From the NCBI GenBank assembly GCA_963748625.1, contig CAVVJT010000005.1:7482-71481 (forward strand): a stretch of 64,000 nt of DNA, written 5' to 3'. The notes under the pieces are model-generated. The model ran no database searches. It saw only the letters and a program-made list of their open reading frames with translations, and was not told the DNA's origin. Made by a program: the position numbers and the translations under genes. Of the stretch, positions 55,988-64,000 are shown in pieces (position 1 is the first letter of the stretch; each line of letters starts with the position of its first letter). The DNA is from an uncultured Chloroflexia bacterium (GTDB lineage Bacteria; Chloroflexota; Limnocylindria; Limnocylindrales; CSP1-4).

Positions 55988-57537
55988 GGCGTACCCCCTT
56001 CACTGTGGCCTGATCCGGGCTTCGATCCGGTCGGTGCGGTCACCTGGATGCGCGACCCGTCACCGGGCCGCGACGCGATGCGGACGCGGCCCCCGATGAG
56101 CGCGGCCCGCTCCCGCATGGACACCAGGCCGAACGCGCCGTCGCGCACGCCAGCCGGATCGAATCCCCGGCCATTGTCCACCACGCGCAGCGTGAGCCGT
56201 CCGGGCCGGATGGCGAGGCGGACCCCGACCATTGTCGCCTCCGCGTGCCGGGCGACGTTGGTGAGCGCCTCCTGGACGATACGCAACACCTCGGCCTGGG
56301 TGCGGGGCGCCACGGGCAGTCGCTCATCACCGTCCCAGGAGAACTCGACCCGGAGGCCGTAGCGGTCGGCCGACTCGTCCACGGTCCGGCGCACCAGCTC
56401 GGGGAACGTCGGCTCTCCGGTGCCCACGGAGCGCAGGGCGGCGACCGCCTGGCGTGCCTCACCGAGGCCCGCGTCGACGGCGGAGGCCGCCGCGAGCGCC
56501 GAGGCACGCGCCGCGGGCGGCAGGTCCGGGACGGCGAGCACCTCACCGGTCCGCAGCTTGGCCAGCCACAGGTCCTGGGAGAGGCCGTCGTGCAGCTCCC
56601 GCGCGAGCCGGGTGCGCTCCTCCAGGGCGGCCCGCTGCACGTCCGCGTCTCGCAGGTCATTGAGCGAGGCGTTGGCCGTGCGGAGATCGTGGAGGCCGGC
56701 CCGCACCGCCGCCTCGAGCCCGACCAGGAGGGTGACCGAGAACGCAAGCCGGAAGATGTCGCCGATCGACACCTGCCCCGGGTGGGCACTCGGGAACATC
56801 GTCCAGATCAGCTCGCCGAAACCGGCGAAGATGAGGCCGACCGCGATGTAGGCGTCGATCACCGACTGGCCGCTACGCCACAGGCGCCGGCTGGCATAGG
56901 CGCCAGCGAAGAACAGGCTCGCCACGCTGAGGTGCACTGCGGCCCCGAATGCTGTGATGTGCGGCAGGCCCTCGTGCTGGTCGAGGTGCAGGATCTCCAG
57001 CGCCGGCGGTGGTGGCCCGAGGATCGCGCCCGCCAGCGCAGCGCCCACGACGAGCAGCGTGGGAAGCACCAGGATGCGCACGGGCTGGCGGCCGTAGGAC
57101 GCCCGTGTGACGAACGTCCCCGCGACGACGAACAGCATGGCAGCCGCCAGCCTCGAGAGCGCGAACACAAGCGACTGGATGCCTTCGGGCTCGCCCAGGT
57201 CAGCGATGCTGGAGCTGTGCACGAGGCTGATGACGAGGGCGATCCCGTAGCCGGTCGCGAGCACCATGAACGCTGACGCGTGGTAGATGGCGGCGGTCGC
57301 GACGCTCTCGCGGAACCGCGCCCAGGCGAGCGCCGTGAGGGCGACACAGGCGAAGAAGGCGATCGTGTCCAGCACGAGGTCCAGCACCGGCACCGCGGCG
57401 TGGCCGTGTGTCCCGAGCAGGAGCATCCCGGAGGTCACGAGGATGCCGCACAGCACGACCGAGCGGAACAGCCAGTCCAGCGACCGGCTCCCGGCCCTTG
57501 GCGTGGCGAACGCCCCCTGTCGACCGTTGTGCATCAC
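55984..57537 (-). CDS. Sensor histidine kinase (HisKA_3 / NarL-partner type) with polytopic N-terminal sensor
   Basis: 517 aa with about 6-7 N-terminal TM helices. The H-box is RTRLARELHDGLSQDLW, followed by the HATPase (LRVVDNGRGFDP...GAFGLVSMRERAALIGG). The stop overlaps the response-regulator start. Confidence 0.9.
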   Translation of the reverse strand: MMHNGRQGAFATPRAGSRSLDWLFRSVVLCGILVTSGMLLLGTHGHAAVPVLDLVLDTIAFFACVALTALAWARFRESVATAAIYHASAFMVLATGYGIALVISLVHSSSIADLGEPEGIQSLVFALSRLAAAMLFVVAGTFVTRASYGRQPVRILVLPTLLVVGAALAGAILGPPPPALEILHLDQHEGLPHITAFGAAVHLSVASLFFAGAYASRRLWRSGQSVIDAYIAVGLIFAGFGELIWTMFPSAHPGQVSIGDIFRLAFSVTLLVGLEAAVRAGLHDLRTANASLNDLRDADVQRAALEERTRLARELHDGLSQDLWLAKLRTGEVLAVPDLPPAARASALAAASAVDAGLGEARQAVAALRSVGTGEPTFPELVRRTVDESADRYGLRVEFSWDGDERLPVAPRTQAEVLRIVQEALTNVARHAEATMVGVRLAIRPGRLTLRVVDNGRGFDPAGVRDGAFGLVSMRERAALIGGRVRIASRPGDGSRIQVTAPTGSKPGSGHSEGGTP

Positions 57538-57684
57538 GTCCCCCAGCGGCCCGAATCCCCGTCCGCGGCACCCCGCGGCGGCCGTTCACGCACCGTGCCC
57601 CATCCGGCTCCTTGATGATCAACCGCGAGTACGGGTTCCTGTCAAGTGGTGGGCGCGCCACCGACTGGAATCACCACCGAAGGG

Positions 57685-60339
57685 TCAGTGGATGGGCGCC
57701 GCCTCCTCGCGGCCTTCGAACGTGATGCAGCTCTCAACCGGGCACACATACATGCACAGCCGGCAGCCGACGCAGTTGTCGTCCACGACCTCGAGGTGCC
57801 GGGTGCCATTGCTGCCGTTGACCTCGATCGCCTGGTGGGCACCGTCGTTGCAGGCCGCATAGCACAGGTTGCAGTGGATGCACGTCTCCTGGTCGATCCT
57901 GGCGATGAGGCGCCACTCCTGGTCGAGCTTGCCCCAGTCCGTGATCGTCGGCAGTGCCTTGCCCACGAGCTCGCTCGGGCTGTGGAGGCCCTTGTCGCGC
58001 AGGTAGGTCGTGAGGCCGTCCACCAGGTCGTCGGCGAGACGGAAGCCGTAGTGCATGACGCTCGTGCCCACCTGGACGGTGGTGGCGCCACAGAGCAGGA
58101 AGTCAACGGCGTCACGCCAGGTCTCGATGCCGCCGACGCCGGAGATCGGCAGGCCCACCTGCGGGTCCTTGGCCACCGAGCTGACCATGTTGAGCGCGAT
58201 CGGCTTGACGGCGGGGCCGGCGTACCCGCCATGGCTGCCCTTGCCGCGGACGTCCGGATCGGGCGCCCATGACTCGAGGTTGACCCCGATCAGCGAGCTG
58301 ATCGTGTTGATCATCGAGACCGCGTCGGCGTTGGCGGCCCTCGCAGCCCGCGCCGGGAACCGGATGTCGGTGATGTTCGGCGTCAGCTTGACGATGACGG
58401 GCATCGCCGCCTTCTCCATCACCCACTCGGTGATCATCTGGACGTAGTCGGGCACCTGGCCCACCGCCGCGCCCATTCCCCGCTCGCTCATGCCGTGCGG
58501 GCAGCCGAAGTTGAGCTCGTAGCCGTCGGCGCCGGTGTCGTTGCACATGTCCAGGATCTCGTGCCACGCCTCGCGCTTCGCCTCGACCATGAGGCTGATG
58601 ATGACGGCGTTGTCGGGGTACTTGCGCTTCGTCTCCGCGATCTCGGCGATGTTGACCTCCGTGGGCCGGTCGCTGATGAGCTCGATGTTGTTGATGCCGG
58701 TGATGCGCCGGCCCTGGTAGTCGAACGAGCCCAGGCGGGCGGTCACGTTGCGGATCGGCTCGCCGATCGTCTTCCAGACCGCACCACCCCAGCCCGCGTC
58801 GAACGCGCGCTGGACCATCTCGCCGTTGTTGCTGATCGGGCAGCTGGCGAGCCAGAACGGGTTGGGGCTCTTGATCCCGGCCATATCCACCGAGAGGTCG
58901 ATGCCGGGCAGCGTGGCATCCACGGCCCGGCGGACGGGCTCGATGCGGGCGCCCAGCCCGAGCTCGCGGATGATGGAGTGGGCGGCAAGCTTGCCCGCCT
59001 GCACCGCGTTGACCACCTCGGCGCCGCCGCTGGTGATGTCGCCGATCGCCCAGACCTTCGGGTTGGCCGTGTGGCCAGTGGCGCTGTCGGCGCGCACGCT
59101 GTCGGCGCGAGAGGTGTCGCGGGTCTTGCGCACGCCGAGGGCCGTGAGCAGCTCGCGGGCACCGTCGGGCTCGCCCTGTCCGACAGCGCGGATGATGGTG
59201 TCGAGCGCCACGCCGAACTCCGTGTACGCGATGGGCATGGGCGAGCGGCGGCCGGAGGCATCGGGGTCACCGAGGGCCATGCGTGCGAAGGTGGCGCCCT
59301 CGACCCGGCCGTCGCCGGTGATCGCGGTGGGGGCAGTGAGCCAGCGGAGCGTGACGCCCAGCCTGCGCGCGAGATCGATGGCGTGCGGGTAGGCCGGGGT
59401 CTCGGCCTCGGTGCGGCGGTAGAAGAGGGTGACCTCCTCGGCGCCGAGCTTCACCGCGGCCGCAGCCGCGTCGAAGGCCGTGGAGCCGCCGCCGATCACG
59501 CCGACCCGCCGGCCGATGACCGACGTGGCGAGGGCCGTCGCGTTGGTGCCCGCGGCCGTCGCGTTGGCGCCCGCGGCCCCGGCCGGGTCGATGGCGCGCC
59601 GGATCACGTCGAGTGCGTCCACGACTCCCGGGAGGTCCTCGCCAGGCACACCCAGCGCGCGGGCCTTGCCCAGGCCGATGGCGATGACGACCGCGTCGTT
59701 GTCGGCCAAGAGCCTGGCCGGATCGATGTCGCGCCCGACGCGGCAGCTGGTGATGATGGTGGCGCCCGCGCGCTCCACCTCCGCGGCCTCCGTCGCGATC
59801 GCCGTGGCAGCCATGCGCCAGGGCACGATCCCGTGGTCGGCGAGGCCGCCGGCCCGGGGGGTGTCGTCGTAGAGGGTCACGGCAACGCCGGCCTTGCGCA
59901 GCTCCGCCGAGACGGCGAGGCCGGCGGGTCCGGCGCCGATGACGGCAACCTTCTTCCCGGTCTCCTCGCCCGGCGTGAAGAAGGCGCGGCCAGACTGCGC
60001 ATAGGCGTCGACGGCGCCCTGCTGGAGACGGCCGATCGCGATCGGGGTGTCAAGGGCCGTGCGCACGCAGGCGCCCTCGCACAGGTGCTCGACCGGGCAT
60101 ACCGCACCGCACGTGGAGCCGAGCGGGTTGGCGGCGAGGATGGTGCGCGCCGCGCCGTCCACGTTGCCGGTGGCGATCTTGCGGATAAAGCCCGGGACGT
60201 CGATCCCGGTGGGGCAGGCATGGGTGCAGGCTGCGTCGACGCAGTAGAGGCACCGTTCGGCCTCCGTCCTCGCGAAGTGACCGGTCAGGGGGAGCACGCG
60301 GAGAAACGGGTCAGCCAGGGCGACGGTCATCGATTCCAC
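57685..60339 (-). CDS. Single-chain dihydropyrimidine dehydrogenase (PreT-like plus PreA-like fusion)
   Basis: 884 aa. The N-terminal half is GltD/PreT-like, with Fe-S Cys motifs (CLYCVDAACTHACP) and KKVAVIGAGPAGLAVS. The C-terminal half is PreA/DHODH-like (GADGYELNFGCPHGM, GGYAGPAVKPIAL, SGVGGI) and ends in a 2x[4Fe-4S] ferredoxin (CIHCNLCYAACN...CVGCRLCMYVCP). Confidence 0.88.
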   Translation of the reverse strand: MESMTVALADPFLRVLPLTGHFARTEAERCLYCVDAACTHACPTGIDVPGFIRKIATGNVDGAARTILAANPLGSTCGAVCPVEHLCEGACVRTALDTPIAIGRLQQGAVDAYAQSGRAFFTPGEETGKKVAVIGAGPAGLAVSAELRKAGVAVTLYDDTPRAGGLADHGIVPWRMAATAIATEAAEVERAGATIITSCRVGRDIDPARLLADNDAVVIAIGLGKARALGVPGEDLPGVVDALDVIRRAIDPAGAAGANATAAGTNATALATSVIGRRVGVIGGGSTAFDAAAAAVKLGAEEVTLFYRRTEAETPAYPHAIDLARRLGVTLRWLTAPTAITGDGRVEGATFARMALGDPDASGRRSPMPIAYTEFGVALDTIIRAVGQGEPDGARELLTALGVRKTRDTSRADSVRADSATGHTANPKVWAIGDITSGGAEVVNAVQAGKLAAHSIIRELGLGARIEPVRRAVDATLPGIDLSVDMAGIKSPNPFWLASCPISNNGEMVQRAFDAGWGGAVWKTIGEPIRNVTARLGSFDYQGRRITGINNIELISDRPTEVNIAEIAETKRKYPDNAVIISLMVEAKREAWHEILDMCNDTGADGYELNFGCPHGMSERGMGAAVGQVPDYVQMITEWVMEKAAMPVIVKLTPNITDIRFPARAARAANADAVSMINTISSLIGVNLESWAPDPDVRGKGSHGGYAGPAVKPIALNMVSSVAKDPQVGLPISGVGGIETWRDAVDFLLCGATTVQVGTSVMHYGFRLADDLVDGLTTYLRDKGLHSPSELVGKALPTITDWGKLDQEWRLIARIDQETCIHCNLCYAACNDGAHQAIEVNGSNGTRHLEVVDDNCVGCRLCMYVCPVESCITFEGREEAAPIH

Positions 60340-60478
60340 CCTCGGGTTGCGCCGGTCGGCGGCGCGGATCGGCGACCACGCTCAGGGTCACCTCAAGGGG
60401 CCAGTGTGCGCGGGGGTCGGGCGGTTCTCCGACGGCCGAAGGACCCCCACTGGACGTGACCGATTGCAGGGGTTCGGG

Positions 60479-60516
60479 GCGCGGCGGCGTGGGCCGGGCG
60501 CGGCGGCGTGGGCCGG
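60479..60516. repeat. Perfect 19-bp tandem duplication
   Basis: GCGCGGCGGCGTGGGCCGG occurs at 60479-60497 and 60498-60516, in the region upstream of the DPD gene. Confidence 0.9.
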
Positions 60517-60539
60517 GCGCGCAATGCGACCACACCGGG

Positions 60540-61063
60540 TCAGCTCCTCCCACCCGGCCGACCGGTGCTCCGCTCACCCACGTGTCCGGAGGCCGTCAAT
60601 GCCGTCAAGGAGCCGGGCGAGCCCGAACTCGAACCGATCCGCCACAGTCCCAGCGACCAGCGCCGGGGCTGCTCATGCCATGTTTCCAGGGCCATCGGTG
60701 GCCAGCCGCTCCGCCACGCTCCCGGCGGTTGCCGCGGCCTCGGAGCGCGACTCCCCCGTCGAACCGCCGAGCCCCGCGGCCTCCCACAACGCGGCGCCTG
60801 CCACGAGATTGCCCAGTGCGTGGTTGGCGCGGACGGCCTGCTCGGGCTCCAGCCCCGCCGCCATTCGTCGAGAACCGCCGGAATCTCCGGGGTGTCGAAC
60901 AATCCAGGCTGAGCGAGGCGAGGACGGCGTCGAACACACCGTCGTCACCAGGGTGACTGGCTGCGTCGGCAACGCGGAGGTCTACGCGATCCGTGAGGCA
61001 GGGGCTGGCCAGCCGGCGTCGCGCATGCTCGATCATCGCCGGGGACAGGTCAATGTCCGACAC
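60540..61063 (-). pseudogene. Mosaic of gene remnants: truncated, frameshifted SAM-methyltransferase fragment plus a TetR-C-terminal-like fragment
   Basis: One frame reads DIDLSPAMIEHARRRLA...RVDLRVADAASHPGDDGVFDAVLASLSL. This is methyltransferase post-motif-I sequence, and the SAM-binding motif I is absent. The continuation (FDTPEIPAVLDEWRR) is in another frame. Downstream frames give PEQAVRANHALGNLVAGAALWEAA and DRFEFGLARLLDGIDGL, which are TetR C-terminal-like. No single intact ORF covers the region. Confidence 0.4.
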
Positions 61064-61091
61064 GCTCCCGGCTGGGGCGCAAGCAGCCGTC

Positions 61092-61379
61092 TCAGCGGCG
61101 CGTCGCCCAGTAGTCGTCGGCCTCGACCTCGAGCTTCGCGAGGCGCGTGTAGTAGTCCGGGAACTCCTGGAGGTGGGCGAGCGCGATCCGGCCCGTCACG
61201 AGCGGGTCGTCGCCAGTGACGTTCGTCCCCGGATCGCGCAGACCGTGCTCGAGCTCGACGTCAAGGCCCATCCGGTACTGCTCGAGGTCGAAGCCGAGCG
61301 CTCCGAAGTCAACCTCCAGCTGCGTCGCGATCGCCAGCGCCTCGTCGCTCGTGAAGTGCCGCTTCGCCTCGGCCATCAT
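61092..61379 (-). CDS. Small conserved hypothetical protein (DUF5661-like, from memory)
   Basis: About 95 aa from ATG 61379. The SD GGAGGTGGAGG is well placed upstream. The sequence includes GLDVELEHGLRDPGTNVTGDDPLVTGRIALAHLQEFPDYYTRLAKLE. Confidence 0.6.
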   Translation of the reverse strand: MMAEAKRHFTSDEALAIATQLEVDFGALGFDLEQYRMGLDVELEHGLRDPGTNVTGDDPLVTGRIALAHLQEFPDYYTRLAKLEVEADDYWATRR

Positions 61380-61603
61380 CGTGCCTCCACCTCCATGCGC
61401 TGTCATGCCCGACCCGGCGCCAGCCGGCTTGGTTCCGGGCACGCGGGGCTCGCTGCTCGGACGACGCTATTCAGCGCCCGTTGGACTGCTGGGCACCACC
61501 GGCAATCGGGGACTCGCCGAGGGTCGAATGGCCCGCCGCCAGTGCCGGGCATCGGCGCTGGGAGGCAACGGGCAGGTCGGAGGGTCCGGCCCGCCGGAGT
61601 ATC

Positions 61604-62293
61604 TCAGCGGCCGGCGGGCCGGCCCCCTGGCGACGCGGACCTGAGCGCGTCGATGGCCGCGATCCCGGCGATCCCCATCCCGACCAGGAAGACCGGCCAC
61701 GGGTACGGCCCGGGCGGACCGCCGGCCAGCACGTCGCCGGCTCCGAGCACGTACGAGAGGACCACGATGAGCCCGCCGGCGACGCAGGCCACGAGGTGCC
61801 AGCGGCGGACCGTGATCCGCCTCCCGGCATCGAGCGCGCGGGCGGTGGCCAGGCCGAAGCCGACCAGTGCCAGGCTGACGACCACCGGCGACCACACGGG
61901 CCCGACCCACGGGACGGGGATCAGGAACAGCAGGTCCGTCGCCGCCGGGGAGGCCGGCCAGCCCGCGAACAGCCACAGGAACACGTAGTACCCGATGTCC
62001 CAGGTGCCGAACACGACGGCCGCCCAGGCGAGGCGCTCGAGCCACGTCCGGCCGGCAAGGATGCCGACCGTCGCGATCATGACGAGGGTTGCAGCCTCGC
62101 GCCCGACCTCGACCCAGCCGAGGTTCCCGAATGCGGTGGCAGGCTGCAGCGGGAAGAGCACGCCGACCTGGCCCCCGAGCGCAGCGGTGAGATAGACGAC
62201 CACGGCGGCCTCGAGGTAGGCCATGGCGACGGCATAGGCGATGACCGTGATGGATCGCGCACGGAAGGAAAGCACGGGCTGCATGACGTGCAT
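61604..62293 (-). CDS. Polytopic membrane protein, unknown function
   Basis: About 229 aa from ATG 62293, with 6-7 hydrophobic helices. It is Trp-rich (GTWDIGYYVFLWLFAGWP, IPVPWVGPVWSP). Confidence 0.6.
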   Translation of the reverse strand: MHVMQPVLSFRARSITVIAYAVAMAYLEAAVVVYLTAALGGQVGVLFPLQPATAFGNLGWVEVGREAATLVMIATVGILAGRTWLERLAWAAVVFGTWDIGYYVFLWLFAGWPASPAATDLLFLIPVPWVGPVWSPVVVSLALVGFGLATARALDAGRRITVRRWHLVACVAGGLIVVLSYVLGAGDVLAGGPPGPYPWPVFLVGMGIAGIAAIDALRSASPGGRPAGR

Positions 62294-62381
62294 GGTCGCA
62301 GGGGCGTGACGGCCGGGCTGGCGCGGCACGCACGACCGATTGAGCGAGGCCGCGAAGGGCGCTAGAATGGCGGCCTCCCGA

Positions 62382-62457
62382 GCGGGAGTAACTCAGTTGG
62401 CAGAGTGTCAGCTTCCCAAGCTGAATGTCGCGGGTTCGAACCCCGTCTCCCGCTCCA
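62382..62457 (+). tRNA. tRNA-Gly (anticodon CCC), CCA encoded
   Basis: Cloverleaf folded by hand. The acceptor stem is GCGGGAG/CTCCCGC, the D stem ACTC/GAGT with loop AGTTGGCA, and the anticodon stem TCAGC/GCTGA with loop TTCCCAA. The T stem is GCGGG/CCCGT with loop TTCGAAC. The discriminator is T, followed by CCA. Confidence 0.93.
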
Positions 62458-62542
62458 CATTCCCCCTCGAGGCGGAATGTCGCTGATCCCCCACGGTGCA
62501 CTGGCGTACCGTTCCGCCCGCGTCGCGTGCAGCGCTTCCCCG

Positions 62543-63643
62543 TCACCCCACGCGCCGGTCGAGGCACGGGGGCAGCTCCCCGTCGTACGCGCCCGGCTGC
62601 GTCTGGTAGAAGTCGGCACCAACGATCACCACGCTGGTGACGTATGAGCCTTCGACCGGGTACTCGGCGTAGAGGATGTCCCCGGACGATGCCAGCAGGA
62701 CGTCGAATCGCGAGACGTCGAAGGTGGCCGCCGACGCGGACCCGCAGGCGGGGACCGGCAGCTGGGCCCCGTTCCTGTCGCGCAGCAGGATGTCCGACGT
62801 GATCCGGTTGTGGACGGTCAGCACGTCGCCCGGAGCCAGCGTCGGGGGCAGAGTGATCGGAGGGTCGATGGGGCCGACGGCGCCCCATGCAGTGAACGTG
62901 TACCTGATGTCGACCTCGATCCCGCCAGCCGTGGTCGTGGTGCCCCGCAGCAGGAGCGTCGCAGACGCTGGCCGACCGTCCGCATCGACGCGGACCTCGA
63001 AGCTCGCGTCGCTCGGGCTGATGGCACCCACGCCCTGGGGGAGCGTGACGCCCATGGCCCGCGTGAACGCCTCGACCGGGTCGCGGACCACAAGCCGGTG
63101 GCCAGCCTGCCCGCCCACCTCGAGCTGCCCCGCGTACTCGAGATCGGCAACGCTGAGGCCCCGCAACGGGTCCTGGGGCGGCGACGGCGTCTGCGCCCCG
63201 GTCCAGTCGCCATCGCCGCTGCGCGTGTAGCCGACCCCGTCCACCACGGCCGTGGTGACCGACATGGTGCCGAAGGCGGGCGCCTCGACGGTGCTGGTCC
63301 CCCGGTAGTCGTCCCCGTGGAGGTCGTACGCCGAGGTCAGCGCCATGTCAGCCCCCGCGGACCGGACGATGCCGTCGGCCTCGAAGTGGGCGGAGCGGTC
63401 GGGCGCCTGGGTCAGGCTGATGAAGGATGCGACGATGGCGTCGCCGCTCGCGGTGGGCGCCAGGCTCGGGGTCGGCGTCGGGGTCAGCGTCGGCGCAGAG
63501 GCTCCGGTACAGCCCGCGAGCAGGGCGGCCGCCGCGACGAGGGCGAGGAGCGGGCGGACCTCGAGCCGTCGGCAACGGACATCGGTGGCCTGCACGTTCC
63601 TGCGGGCCTGAAACGCGGATCGCACGGTGCCCATCGTGACCAC
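62543..63643 (-). CDS. Lipoprotein, unknown function (LolA/LprG-like fold possible)
   Basis: 366 aa with lipobox LLAGC after a basic N-terminus, then a P/T linker. I recognise no catalytic motif. The start codon is uncertain. Confidence 0.6.
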   Translation of the reverse strand: MVTMGTVRSAFQARRNVQATDVRCRRLEVRPLLALVAAAALLAGCTGASAPTLTPTPTPSLAPTASGDAIVASFISLTQAPDRSAHFEADGIVRSAGADMALTSAYDLHGDDYRGTSTVEAPAFGTMSVTTAVVDGVGYTRSGDGDWTGAQTPSPPQDPLRGLSVADLEYAGQLEVGGQAGHRLVVRDPVEAFTRAMGVTLPQGVGAISPSDASFEVRVDADGRPASATLLLRGTTTTAGGIEVDIRYTFTAWGAVGPIDPPITLPPTLAPGDVLTVHNRITSDILLRDRNGAQLPVPACGSASAATFDVSRFDVLLASSGDILYAEYPVEGSYVTSVVIVGADFYQTQPGAYDGELPPCLDRRVG

Positions 63644-63693
63644 TCCATCCCCGGCGGGACGCCGTGGTGATGACGCGTTACGCAGGACACCAG

Positions 63694-64000
63694 TTACGGC
63701 GCTTGCCGCACCGCCCGGGCGGGGACGGTCGCCACCGCCATCCCGAGGAGCACGACAGCGCCGCCCGCGACCTGGACCGGTGACGGCCGCTCGGCGAGCA
63801 GGATGGCGGCGAGGATGGTGGCGGTGATCGGGTTGAGGAGCAGGAACGCCGCGGAGCGGGCCGCCTCGATGCGGCGGACGCTGGCCACGGTCAGGACCGG
63901 GCCGAGCGCGGCCACCGCGGCGAGCCAGCCCAGGGCGACGATCGCCTCCACGGGCGGGTCGGCCGGCGCCAGGAGAGAAGGCTCTGTGACGAGGACGAAC
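63694..64000 (-). CDS. DMT/EamA-family transporter, C-terminal part (gene continues beyond the window)
   Basis: The frame stays open to the window edge. LLLNPITATILAAILLAERPSPVQVAGGAVVLLGM is a typical EamA C-terminal helix pair. Confidence 0.7.
   Translation of the reverse strand, partial: FVLVTEPSLLAPADPPVEAIVALGWLAAVAALGPVLTVASVRRIEAARSAAFLLLNPITATILAAILLAERPSPVQVAGGAVVLLGMAVATVPARAVRQAP

Noticed and set aside
60340-62457. Intact prophage or genomic island integrated at tRNA-Gly.
   Set aside because: There is no integrase, no phage structural genes and no detectable repeat of the tRNA 3-prime end. Only eroded fragments are present.

Overview
High-GC (roughly 70% by eye) chromosomal segment from a Gram-positive-type bacterium, with Actinobacteria- or Chloroflexi-like gene content. 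It is densely coding: about 50 protein genes and one tRNA-Gly(CCC). I found no rRNA, CRISPR array, transposase or integrase. The backbone is housekeeping. A pyrimidine cluster is split into three blocks: pyrR-pyrB-pyrC, pyrK-pyrD and pyrE. Other backbone genes are ornithine carbamoyltransferase plus carbamate kinase, a fused CtaA-CtaB heme A/O synthase, lipB, xthA, an ECF sigma/anti-sigma pair, a single-chain PreT-PreA dihydropyrimidine dehydrogenase, a FadH-like flavoenzyme and an aldehyde dehydrogenase. The most unusual locus lies at about 43.5-57.5 kb. It holds a roughly 2,495-aa secreted multicopper oxidase fused to GxGY repeats, an FN3 domain, seven MBG-like modules and Ig-like domains, and it contains a near-perfect 483-bp in-frame tandem duplication. 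This gene is flanked by two two-component systems and a secreted Cys/Asp-motif protein that carries a hexanucleotide microsatellite. A second candidate lies at 23.6-30.3 kb. It is a five-gene plus-strand cluster wedged between the pyr blocks, and it ends in two tandem paralogs built from an unannotated four-Cys extracytoplasmic module. Several long intergenic regions carry perfect short tandem duplications, a direct-repeat/inverted-repeat MITE-like structure, candidate PyrR boxes with a leader uORF, and a triplicated palindromic motif upstream of the carbamoyltransferase operon. All functional calls rest on motif recognition by eye. No database search was run, and start codons are often uncertain. 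The many long ORFs antisense to real genes are treated as high-GC artefacts.
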